DNA of 49,225 nucleotides, filler included, from Catajapyx aquilonaris (Eukaryota): NCBI GenBank assembly GCA_000934665.2. It is 3 parts of 3 records of this genome, joined end to end, with 100 filler letters (N's around TTAATTAATTAA, not from the genome) between each part and the next. Parts side by side here need not be neighbours in the genome. Positions count along the whole stretch, not along the records: positions 32,887 to 49,225 come from JYFJ02007230.1; 2 more parts are not named here. One strand, 5' to 3'. Shown piece by piece: positions 37,540 to 48,760 of this stretch (position 1 is its first letter; each line of letters starts with the position of its first letter). The notes under the pieces were generated by a model. It saw only the letters and a program-made list of their open reading frames with translations, ran no database searches and was not told where the DNA came from. The position numbers and the translations under genes were made by a program.

Positions 37540-37784
37540 CAGCCGTAACACGTACTTGTCAGATTTTTTAACCCCTGGAATGAGTTTCAGCAGACCTGGA
37601 GCATCGGGAATTCCTGAAGCATCGGGAATTCCTGGAATCTCGTTTGGACGATCTGGACCATTGTCATCCGGTCTGTCTGCAGTTGGTTTTGGACAAAGTG
37701 GTACCTGATTCTGGGAATCAGAGGAGCAGCCTGCAGTGATGCTCCCAGAAGGAGGAGGAAGACGACGCAGAGGGATCTACGCAT
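37540..37784 (-). CDS. Putative small secreted protein (clear signal-peptide-like start, downstream structure unresolved)
   Basis: MRRSLCVVFLLLLGASLQA-AP from 37784; possible donor AG/gtacc at 37704; an alternative frame reads RPDDNGPDRPNEIPGIPDASGIPDAPGLL. Confidence 0.45.
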
Positions 37785-38250
37785 TGTTACGCGCGTTCCT
37801 CTGCTGACATGATGTGCCACGCTGATCCAGAGCTACGGAGGAATTCCTTCCATCATTCATACCCGCAAATGTATTGTTGCATTGTGGTATGGTCCAGCAG
37901 GGAGTGGAACAAAACACAGCTGCAACACACACATTGCCGTTTAATTGCCACACATCACGGAAAGTCATGAACAGACAGTTACTCCATCACAAGCAATTAG
38001 GTGTGCACCTGGCACGTTATAAAATTCCTGTGCGGTAAATTATGCAGATGTTTCTTGAGGGGATCGAACAATTATTCATTTTGGACCTAGCCATATTCAC
38101 TCCTTTAATTGTTGTGCTCTTCGGGTAACAAACTGAATCAACGAAAATGGAAGCGTTGCTGAGGCTACAAACTTGTCAACAACTGGCCTGGAGATTGGAA
38201 TGTCCCGGAGAAAATAAGCGCTCCCAGAGTCTAGATTCAATCCAAGTGGC

Positions 38251-38955
38251 ATGGGAGTCTCAAGGACCGCAGCCTTGTTGGGTGCAGGTGAGAAAAGAGC
38301 TAAAGGGGTTTGAATTGTTATGGACAAAATCCCTCATCTGTTGAAGCTCTTCTGGTGCTGTCGTGTGTGGACCAGACAGCGTCGTGCTACAGGAAGGGAG
38401 CGGAAATTCCAAAACTTCTGACCTCCTTGACCGACAAGATCCAGGTCGAGGAACCAAATCTGCAATGCCAAGTAGGCGATGAGCGCGCCTGCCATAAGAG
38501 CTGCAACAAGTTCCCCAAGGAGATCACTGAAGAATACAAGTTCAAGACAGGAATATGCTTCATAGGTAGACGCCTTGGAGCAGTCGACCAGATCAAGTTC
38601 CAGTGCGCATGCTTCTCCATCTGGTGAGTCACTCTCTATGGCTGGAAAAGTGGTTTGATCTGCATTTTGAATCAACTGTTAATGTGACCATGTCTGGGAA
38701 TGATACAGCGATACCACCCTGTTGGAGTGCGGAATGAGTCATGCCCAGGAGGCCGCATGGGATGAGCTCAAGAAATCGCTCTCCTTCACCCTCAAGGGCA
38801 ACAAGAAGCGTGGGGGCCAACAGTCTAGGCAGGGCCGTCGGAGGCGTCGTCGCTCTCTCAAGAAGCCAGGCCGACCACACAGCCTGACAATGTACCACAA
38901 CGCCAAGTCTCGCAAGTGGGCCTTCATCCGGAACTCAGCCACACCTACTGACTAG
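38251..38955 (+). CDS. Secreted cysteine-rich protein (CS-alpha/beta defensin/toxin-like frame) with polybasic C-terminal tail, 186 aa, 3 exons
   Basis: Exons 38251-38287, 38347-38623, 38709-38955 with GT-AG introns of 59 and 85 nt, in frame. Signal MGVSRTAALLGAALLVLSCVDQTAS. C-x7-CxxxC-x15-GxC-x15-CxC pattern. Tail KKRGGQQSRQGRRRRRRSLKKPGRP. ATTAAA near 38975. Confidence 0.72.
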
Positions 38956-39043
38956 TTCGGCTCATCTGGTGTGGATTAAAGATCTTTGTTCCCGTTTTCC
39001 TGCTGTTGGCCAAATTAATTAGGTTTAGGTTTTATTAAGAAGA

Positions 39044-39787
39044 AGCCAAAGCAACTATGGCCAGGGAGCATATACTACATATAAAGAGGCGCAAACTTCT
39101 GTCGGCGCCATTGATTTCCGCGTCTCTCTGTTTGGGGCAGTTGCCAAGGCTGGCGGCCATTTTGAAGTGTGGGCAACGCCAACGAGGTATAAATAGGCAA
39201 CGAGATACAATAGGGTAGAGGCCGTAAAGGTCGGACATCTTTGAAGCAAAATGGCGGTCATCAGGCGGCCATGCCACTTCACGGGAAGAACTTTGAAATT
39301 GTAGTATCGCTAACCCTGTTCTCCTCTCCTGCCTCCTGGCGGGACTAGGAAGAAAAGCCTGTCTGGGGACGTTTTTATTTATTCCCACCCCCCGCCAGGA
39401 GGCAGGAGTGTAGACAGAGGAGAACAGGGTTAGAAATACGGCAATTTCAAATGAGCCTATGTTCTTGCCGTGAAGTGGCATGGCCGCCAAAGATCACGTG
39501 ACCTTTACGACCTCTACCCTATTCTATCTCGTTGTAAATAGGGTACAGGCAAAAATAGGGTCCGCCATCTTTGATGGTTTTGGCGGCCATGGCAATTACA
39601 CGGCAAGAACACGCGCGAATCAAAAATGGCGGACCCTATTTTTGCCTGTACCTTATTTATACCTCGTTGACGTTGCCCACACTTCAAAATGACCGCCAGC
39701 CTTGGCAACGCCCCAAACAGAGAGACGCGGAAATCGAATGCTTGCGCCGGTTATGTAGTATATGCTCCCTGCTATGGCTATCTGGCT
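39044..39787. mobile_element. Complex palindromic MITE
   Basis: 39044-39200 inverted at 39652-39787; further inner inverted pairs (39200-39290/39470-39535 and 39295-39345/39390-39450). Confidence 0.8.
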
Positions 39788-40082
39788 ATAAGAAGACACA
39801 AAGGTGGGACAGATGGAGAGAGAAACGAATAGTCTTTTAGTCTGTCTCCTAACCCAAAGACCTGTCCGGCTTGGATTGCCCTGCCAGTAGACGAAGCTAC
39901 CGCCGCGCCGGCATAGCTCTTGTGGTAATCGGAGAATTACCAGTACATTAATTACTCTGGCAATCTCATTCTTAGTATTTTATTCTTGGACAATGTTACG
40001 TTTTTAAAGTTAATTTTGAAGACTCGGTAAATGAACTGTAGTCATGGACATCCTGTTCTTTACACCGTTCCAACTTGGAAGG

Positions 40083-41990
40083 TTATGGAATTTCCCAGAC
40101 AACACTTGGGAACAACTTCCTCTTGTCTAGGACCTCTCTGTCAATGTGCAACGTGAACCTCTTCACTTGAATATCATGCTCCAGATTGTGCCGGATCTGA
40201 GGGAGCTTATCGAACATTTCCGTCATGTGTAGCTGGTTTATGCGCTTCTCGCGGTTCACATATGGCATGTCGTACGCCAGCTGCACCAAGCTGAAACAAA
40301 GATTGCGACAAGTGTGACACCAGAGGCTTTTAATATGCCCGACATTGTACCTGTAATGCGCCCGATCAAGATTTCGTTCCATGCAGGGTCGGGCATTCCG
40401 GTGTCGCAGTCGGGTATGGACCTGCTTCAACTGCGTCTCGTCGTCTATGATGGTCTTGAAGGCCTCGCTGTCCCTCTGCACGTTGAGGATCTCGACATTG
40501 ACGACGTGCAACGAGGCCATCAGCCCTTCCAGGCTCGTCTTCGTGTACTCAATGTTCTCCTTCAGAGCCTGGTTGGTAATGTCCCAAGCGTCTCGCAACG
40601 CATCTGACGTCCTTCGAAGGGCCGTCGTGCAATCCCTGGACAACCACGTCGTCTTGTGCCTCACCTTCTCGGCGTCGTACATGTTTTTCACTGCCAGCTG
40701 ATGTCGCTCTTCCTCTGTGCGGGTCCTGCAAATGCAACGGATCTGAGTTGTTGGAATGTTGCGAACAACATTGGCGATCTGACACACGTAGGGTGAGGTA
40801 TCCTCTCGATTCCCCAGCAGTGCTCCAGATGCGAGTCTTTGTTCGTGTTTCTAGCCACAGTGTCTACCTGCACAGTCCAACACTTTTGGTCTATTTCGCT
40901 CTCCAGTGCTCTGCGAACATCAGCAGCCTGGTTCACCTGAAATACACGCACAGTAACAATTCGGGGTTTCCTGCATCAGTGGGTCGAATTTCCGTCCTAC
41001 TGTTAGATACTGCTAACTTATAGCGGGACAAAAATTCAACCCCATAATTTCTATCCGAGTACCAGTTGAATGGCTCTCTGGCTTAAAGCGCAGAGCTCAC
41101 GAGCGACTTCCTGGTAGATGCACATCTCTCTCTCCAATCCCTCTTCCACCGAGTCATAGACATTATCTATCCCTGTTAATGCACAAGCACTTTTTTGTTC
41201 AAGATACACATTAATAACACTGTCTATATTAAAACCACACCTTTCCTCTCTCTACGCTTCATCATGTTCTGTTGGGTTAGGCCAGCCGCCCTATCCTGTT
41301 CCACCAGAGCACGTGTGAGAGCATTGTGGACTTCTTCCGCCCGTGATTTGCAGTCCAACACTTTCTCCACCATGACAAGCGACTTATTCTTCCCATGAAT
41401 AGTCTCACACACACTGTCATCCAAATACTGATTTGTATTACGCTCCTCTCCATCCATGTTATGCAACCTGAAATCCAAAACACATGCCATCAATATCGCA
41501 CAGCTCAATGAGAAAAAAAAACAACTTACTGTTCCATGTCGTGTATTTTTTGACGGATGTGCATTGAGAGGATGATGCCGTGTCGGGCATCTCTCACTTG
41601 GTTGACTGTGTTTCTGTGCCTGTCTGGGACTGTGTATCGCGGGCAGTCAGGAGAAAGCAAAGGTTGGCCAGGGTTTGTGTACAATCCAGTCACGAACCTG
41701 CATCTCTCTTCAGGGTTGGCTGGGTAGCAAAATGGGGGCCTGTGGCGATGGCAAATGAAACTTGATTAGAGAATTAAGCGCTTGAACTGTGACGTACCTG
41801 TACTGTGACGGCTGGTCGGCTTTCCAGGAGGGTAGGTTTTGAATCATATACGAATCAAATGGTAACCCGCCTTTCAAGGACCTGTCATGACGCGGCTCGC
41901 AGGGGCAAGGAATCCGATCGCACAGGTCCTGCAATGTCACACGAGGAATATCAAAACATCACATGCTTCTATTAAAAAATGTACTGCCAT
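40083..41990 (-). CDS. Divergent tektin-family protein, about 457 aa, 8 exons
   Basis: Exons 41990-41985, 41928-41798, 41697-41530, 41467-41241, 41172-41063, 40936-40788, 40725-40351 and 40290-40083 splice in frame (1374 nt) with GT-AG introns. Tektin landmarks: RYT, RERKGIDNVYDSVEEGL, LESEIDQK..VD, HTRLRHRNARPCMERNLD, LEHDIQVK.FTLHID. The 6-nt first exon is tentative. Confidence 0.85.
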
Positions 41991-43010
41991 GTGCAAATAT
42001 TCATGTCAGCATGTAAGAACATTTATGACGAGTACTTCAATGACAAGATCTAAGGGCCCAGAACTAAGTTTGTTCAATAAATTGATGACAAACTTACAAC
42101 ACCGCCTACTGACATCGTGGTTCTTCAATATTTTTTTTGAAATCTGCGTAGAACTAATATAATCCTGTCCGTTCACTTCTCTGCAGTTCCCTCAACAAAG
42201 GTCCTAACAGGTTCCCATAGTTTCAGACTAACAATGACTAATTAATTATTATTCAACAACACCTCAGTTGCTAAGGAGTAGAGCCTTCCCAATGAAACCA
42301 CATTTTGTGATTAAAAACTGGAATAATACAGCCCTTGTCAGCCGCTTAACAGTTCAAATTCTTTGGGGGAAGTCCTTCAAAGATGCACTTTTCCTCCAAG
42401 AGGTCCATCATTTGAGAGGCAGCACTTAAAAGTGGGCTTATGAAGCACTGCAGGCAGGCAAGCTACCCATGTTTGCAGCTGCTCCAGATGCCATAGCCAG
42501 GGATTTCATTGCATGAGTGAAGTGCCCTGCTACATAAAATAACCTCCTGCACTTACCATAAATAAAAGGGACATAAGGATTAAGTCCTATGCCACAATGA
42601 CGTAATCACAGTCATGAGATTAAATGCGATGATATTTTAACCTTTCCCTTTGTATTATTATGTAATATCATGATAACATTACTTGGTGTCAAATCCAGAC
42701 AAAAGTTTGTCCATAATGGTCAGTAATTGTAACTGACAGGACCTCATCATTATCATAATATATTATTACAATAAGTTATGCTACAATTACAAGTCACGGC
42801 ATTAATAATAAGTATAGCCCTTTTAGGATGAGAAGTTTAAGCATGCAATAGGGGTAGTCCAGACGGGACCAGTTTGCCGGGGCCGGCAACTGTGGTCCAT
42901 TCCACATTAACATTTAAGAACATATTGAAAATGCATTGCCGATCTGGGACTGAAGGGGTTAAATATTTCACAGGTTTAAGAGTTGATTAACATAATTTTC
43001 TCGACCTCAG

Positions 43011-44321
43011 GTTAAAGCACACAACAATTCCTCTGGGAGGAATAGGAAGGATTGGAAGTTCTACGGAACAATCCACGACATCATTGGGCATACCGCTGCA
43101 GAGAACCCTGGGAACATTCAGGAGGCTAATGGCGTGGAAGAGGACGACGACCTGCAGCACCAAGCTGAGGCCTTCCTGAGTGGGATGGATGTGATGGTGA
43201 CTTCTGGTACATATTTCTCCATTCATACCAGGGCAGTACCAAAATGATTTACACTTTATTTTTTTTGCCGCAAATTCAGGGCTCTTGCGGGTAGGCAGAT
43301 GGGCATACATTATCCTCCTGTTGATAATGTGTGCCCATATGCCGACCTGCATGAGCCCTGCATATTTGGCAATAAAATGAAGTATAAATCATTTTGGTAC
43401 TGCCCTGGTATATTGAATCCTGAACAGCAAGTGCACATATTGGTGACTGCAAGATAAACCTTACTTTACAGATTCTGACAGTGGGGAGATTCTGACAGGG
43501 AGAGATGCTGTCAGGCCTACTTCAGACATTTTCTGACCAGCAAAATAATCTGCTGGCAACATTACTGAAGAAGTAATTTTTTTTAAATTAATTTACCCCT
43601 TACCGGGCCTAAATGACCCCTTTGGGGGACCTCCTTCCGGAGTACATAGCTTGTTTTAGACATAAAAATAGAAAAAATAAAATAGAACAAGTTGAAATTA
43701 GACAGGTAAATGTTATTTTTTCAGTAAACACAACTGCCCTGAGTTTCCCTTATGGACCTTTGTGAATTGTGAACTGGATAATTTTAGAGACACAGACAAA
43801 GAAGCAGTACAATGCATACGATAGCTCAGCGGTTGGGGATGCGAGTAACCAATGTAGTCTATCCGGTGGCGCCGCAGGAAGCATTGCTAAAATTTTTTTT
43901 CCCATCAGCAAGTTCCTGAACAATTCCCTGCGAGATCTGCAATACATAATTAAGCATACTGTATTAAAACAACCTTGGTTGCGCAAATACCTTTTGCCTT
44001 TTTAAACCATCCAAGCAAAAAATTGGTGGAAAGAACATACGAGTACAATAATACAAAGGGAACTATCATGAAAGCATGTGACAATGTGATAAATGATTGT
44101 GCAGAGGACGAATTGTGACCTGCTGAACACACTGCTATCTAAAAGACAAGTGCGAAGAGTGCCTCGTGCACAGTACACATCACAATGACGAAAATCAGGC
44201 CAAGAAGGCGGAACATGAAGCAAAGGCAGCTGCTGCGAGAGCAAAGTACCAAGAGGATTCTGCTATTGAAGATAGCAACATTGCCGTTAAAGCAGTGGGC
44301 TTTAAAAAGTCATGCTCTTGA
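43011..44321 (+). pseudogene. Myb/SANT-like (trihelix, Harbinger-associated type) gene relic
   Basis: Exon 43011-43206 reads VKAHNNSSGRNRKDWKFYGTIHDIIG. The next candidate exon near 43472 has a stop. Coiled-coil-like QAKKAEHEAKAAAARAKYQE near 44195-44260. Confidence 0.55.
43228..43408. mobile_element. 181-bp palindromic MITE with TA TSD
   Basis: TA-ccagggcagtaccaaaatgattta...taaatcattttggtactgccctgg-TA. Confidence 0.85.
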
Positions 44322-44577
44322 CATGTACTCTGCAAATGGAGAGAATGTAACAGAGAAACGGCCGGCCGGTCAATTCTATTGGGTTCAAAAACATCCCTAT
44401 GAAATATATTTTGTTTTCCTAATGTTCAGAGGCACAGGTCTGCAGGGAAGGCTGCAAAATGGAAATGATGAGACGATCAATATATTCCCGTAGCTTATGC
44501 ACCACCACAGTTGATAAGAGAGTGACTGTTTATCTGGTTTATCAAATCACTTTCAATTGTCAGTTATGCACTTCCAT

Positions 44578-45240
44578 ATCAGACCCAGAACAACCCTGCC
44601 ATCAACTTTTTGGAGTTGCCTCCCAAGGGGTGTGACTTAAACCCCACTGAAAATGTCTGAAGAGGGGCCTCTCTGGGCGTCGCCGGTTCACCATCAACAG
44701 GGATGCGCTCTGGGAGTGCCTCCAGCAGAAGTGGCCCGGCCTCCAAGCAGACAAGGAGCTTCGCCGGAATCTCATCGACAGCATGCCCCGGCGGCTGGAG
44801 GGAATAATCCGACGTGGTGGGGACTGGACCAAGTACTGAGCAGTGCCAATTGGAGACCGAAACTGCACAGGAGAGAAGCAACCATCAGGGTTTTCTAAGA
44901 GAAGAGACGGCATCGGCAGGACGTCCTCGTCCAGATATTGGTATATGACCTGTTCCCGCGACTTCACAGACATTCAGGAGAAGAGGGCCGCAAGACATCC
45001 GTTGAACAATCTGGAGATTGTGTGGGTCATCGTTCTTTCCCCTCCAACCAATCTCAATGGAGGACTCGTCAATGAACACGACATTGCTCCATTACATCTT
45101 CGTCCACTCCGACATTTATTATGGTTGACGACTGGTGGCGATACCCGACAATGAAGAAGAGGAAATGGGTGGTGGTTCGGGGCCTGGCGCTGTGGGAACT
45201 GTTGAGGAGGATCGGATACCACCCGAATGTGTGGGACTTT
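44578..45240. mobile_element. Degraded Tc1-like transposase with the C-terminal part inverted
   Basis: Minus strand: FIDES (45076-45062) and YLDEDVLP..VQFRSPIGTA down to about 44840. Plus strand: LPPKGCDLNPTENV* (about 44616-44660) and LIDSMPRRLEGIIRRGGDWTKY* ending at 44839. Confidence 0.8.
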
Positions 45241-46029
45241 CTTGGTAGGTACTAATTTAGCAACCTGATGGAAGGACTTAATTTCGGGGTGAAAAATGGA
45301 AATGATGAGACTATCAATTCCCGTAGCTCATGCACCACCACAGCCGAGAGAGATCCATGATCCCACCATTTCAGAGGACAGCAGGCCCATGGCAGCAATA
45401 CGAACCTTTATTTTCTAAAGATACAGTACGTTATAACACCAAAAAACCGACCACCATAAGTATTATCTGGAATAAATGTATTATTACAGTGTCCAGAGCA
45501 GCTATATTTCTGTCATTCTGTCAAAACAATGATTTTATACAGTTTGAGCACTGGGACTCACGTTAAAGACGGATATGGCGGCGTATCAATGAAGGCAACC
45601 GTAATTATTTATGTCGAAATTAAGGCCACCGGACGTCCCTGATCAGGTGAAGACTAGTTAAATTAAATAGATCATCGGGTCATTAATAGTTGATTAGAGA
45701 GTGACTCCATTTATCTGGTTTTAGGAGAAGAACAGTGTACATTATGTAACCACAAGGAAACATTTAACTTGTACCATCTCCTTTATGAATATCCATTCTT
45801 CAGAACCCCCCGTATCCAATATCTATATGACGTGAAAAGGGTCCCCTCCGAAAAAGTTCATACACTTTTTAACTCTTATGATACTCACCTCATGCATAAG
45901 GTACTTTCCTTTCTAAAAGCGGTAGTATAAAAATACTCCAATTTTGCGATATCAAACTATGAAATTAAAAGTTACTGGACTCACCCCCCTCCTAGCGTTT
46001 ATATATTGTCCATTTCGCCCTTGTTTGAA

Positions 46030-46151
46030 TGTCTCGAGCTATATATCTGTTTAATTTATTAGTGTATTGAGTGTACTTACATTTGACCCTGTAATTGGCG
46101 AAGCCCCCAAAAGGGCCTTTGGTCCACTGGGATAATAAATAAATAAATAAA
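46030..46151 (+). mobile_element. Probable LINE 3' end with (AAAT)n tail
   Basis: Short stem-loop region followed by aataaataaataaataaa. Confidence 0.4.
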
Positions 46152-46399
46152 TATTTCAGTGGACTATGCGACCTGATGCGACTGTGAAAGAGTTTTTAAA
46201 TTTTCTTGAGCGATTCGGGAAGGGTCTCTGCTTCATGACCTCAACTTTGACCACTCGGAGGATGACCTGTGCTCAACCCCACTTTCACAATTATGCAATG
46301 TTCAAGACGTAAAATGTGCTTTGCTAAAAAAAAAAACCATGTCGATACCTAACTATAAAAAAGCAGACATCCGCCAGGTTTGCCGATTTCGCTTTTTTT

Positions 46400-47636
46400 A
46401 TTGTTCAAGCTGATAGAGGGACGCGTCGTTCTGGATAAACCAGATATCGCAAAGCATCTCCGTCCATAAGATAATAAAATAAACTCTGGTTGAGTTTTGT
46501 TGGCTCCGTGACGCAGATGACTGAACTTGAAACATATCGCAACGTCACTTATGAGTGTGAGGAAAAGAGAAGACGAAATTGGGACCATGTCCTGTATCCT
46601 GTATTATACTGAAAGGCTCGCGACAATATAATAAGTAACACTCAATAGTTGCACACAGAGACCCATCAAAATTGGGACAGATTGCTGCAGGCCAACTCCA
46701 CAGCAAAGAGACCACGACAAGATGCACAAGGTGCCACAACAAACATTTCTCAATTCAAAGAGAACTACGGGCACTATCCTACTAACAGTGCATCGAAATT
46801 TGCAATCTAACTATAATTGTTATTGCAAAACGTACATTTTGCGGCTGTTTTAAGATAATTGTCAGCAACACACACACAAGTATTTCATGTGAAGTGATTT
46901 TTAGAATGAGAAGCTTGTCTTCGACCTCGATTATTTGTAAACCTTCGCGTCCTAGAGCTAACAAGAGTTTCACACTGTCTTCAAAGACATCACTTTCTTT
47001 GTTGTTGTTGAGAAGCGATTCCATTACTTCCAAAATCGTTTTGAGAACATCAGGGTTCAAGTCTCGACTGCTGAATGGCGCTTTGCGAATGATCAGCAAC
47101 AAACTTACTTAGAAAGGTAGATTTACCTTCTCCGGGATCTCCAGAAATTATGCCCGACTTGCACACAATTTTGTCCACGTTTTCCTCCATTTGAAATTTC
47201 AGCAAGGTGGACACTGGACAAACTACCATGGGTATGCTTCCAATTCAGGGTTTGATCATGCTTATTGTAGGCCATCCAGTGGGTAATATAAATGTGGGTA
47301 TATAAATGTAATTTCTCTAACGTAAATTCTATTAATCGTTTGATTGGAGTTCCTTTTGTGAGGACAGTAAATGTAAATTCTTGTTCTTGATTAGCCTTTG
47401 AATAATTGTGGATGATGAGATACATTGGCGCGGGGCCTTTATGGTCGGGTCGCCGTAACTCTGACACAGTGGGTAATATGATGTTCTGCTTCATTGCACG
47501 TTTTTATGAAACTATTCTCTTCATAACCAAGACCCAAAATTTTCATTCTATTCTTATGCTCATCTTCTGATATTTCTACTTCATCAAGCAATGCACTGAG
47601 ATCTTGCTCTGTAATGTGGTGATATATATTTGCCAT
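46400..47636 (-). pseudogene. NACHT/STAND NTPase (NLR-like) gene with multiple frameshifts
   Basis: Walker A IISGDPGEGKSTFLSKF (GDPGEGKST at 47142-47116, in a frame missing from the ORF track). Winged-helix-type FSFPH at 46571-46557. Downstream WTEML/FAISGL. Helical, death-fold-like N-terminus from ATG 47636. Walker B not found. Confidence 0.68.
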
Positions 47637-47717
47637 ACGCTACAACACACGCCACCCAACTCCCGAGGTGAACACACGTGTTGCGATCAGCCCTAGTGGT
47701 CTGTTTGACAGAGGAAA

Positions 47718-47945
47718 ACGGCGTCAATCGCAGAAATCCAGGATCTGCTGACCAAAATTGAAAGCAGTATCTACCAGAAGTTGGACCAGGTGACAGTGAA
47801 ACATGAGGAACGTTTCGACCGAATCAAGGAGGACCTCACGACAACAATCTCAAGGGTAAAAGTGGTTGAGGCCCAGTTGTCGGAGATTGACCGAAAAGAT
47901 CGTGATTTGACAGACCAACTGACGACCCTCCAAGATCAACCATCC
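47718..47945 (+). mobile_element. LINE ORF1-like coiled-coil N-terminal fragment (ACG in place of ATG)
   Basis: (T)ASIAEIQDLLTKIESSIYQKLDQV...RVKVVEAQLSE...QLTTLQDQ; heptad pattern like the ORF1 at 33676. Confidence 0.5.
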
Positions 47946-48159
47946 TGGTTAAATACGTTTTGTCATAGTAATAGGTTCAATAGAGTGATAACTTGCACAA
48001 TTTTTTTAAATCATTTTTTTGCACTGAGAGTTTGACCAAACCCACTCAGTGCAAAAACACCTACTTGCATACTAAACCAAATACACTGTTACAAAAGTTG
48101 TCCAAACCTGACGGTCGTGAACCATAGAATCTCTCCACCGACTGTGAGGCAATTAAAAA

Positions 48160-48760
48160 ACACACACACACACACACACACACATTATAATGTACTATCC
48201 TTGTGAGGATTTTCGAAAAATAAAAATTTAAAACTAACCTAACCTACAAAAAACACACGAAATTTTGGTGACATATTTTGACAGTAAATATGAGGTATTT
48301 TTTCGATATTTCCCTATCCTTGTGAGTACTGTGTACCATATGAGGTCCTGAAAAAGTCCTCGTAAGGCAAGAGGTCCTCACAAGGATAGGAAAATATCGA
48401 AAAAATTCCTCGCAAGGATAGGCAAGTCTGATCATGTCCCCACTCTAATAGTACACAGTGTGTCACACACACGTCACACACACTGTGGGGACCGAGAAAT
48501 GTCCCCACAATGCGGACAAGTCCCCACAGCTTCAGTAGAAACACAGACCTACGTCCCCAGACCTTATTGAAGACATGAACACAGCCTTGTCTTCACTAAG
48601 GCGTGGGGACGTGAAAATTGAACTTTTCGAAGCTAGTGTAAACTAACCAAACCAAACCAACCTACCCTACCCTACCCTAACTAACCTAGGCTGAGAAAAA
48701 TGTACTTTTGTGAAACCCTACAAATGAAAATAGTGGGGACCTGATCCTTAAAATCTAAAA
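48160..48760. repeat. (CA)n followed by non-autonomous-transposon-like inverted and tandem motifs
   Basis: tatccttgtgag / ctcacaaggata and gtggggac / gtccccac inverted motifs; (TAACC)n-like runs. Confidence 0.5.

Noticed and set aside
46782..47636. Endogenous RNA-virus gene interpretation of the minus-strand ORFs
   Set aside because: The Walker A, FSFPH and WxEML motif order fits a NACHT protein better; no viral polymerase or nucleoprotein motif was found.
48230..48690. (TAACC)n runs as telomeric repeats
   Set aside because: Only two to three imperfect units embedded in dispersed repeats, not a terminal array.
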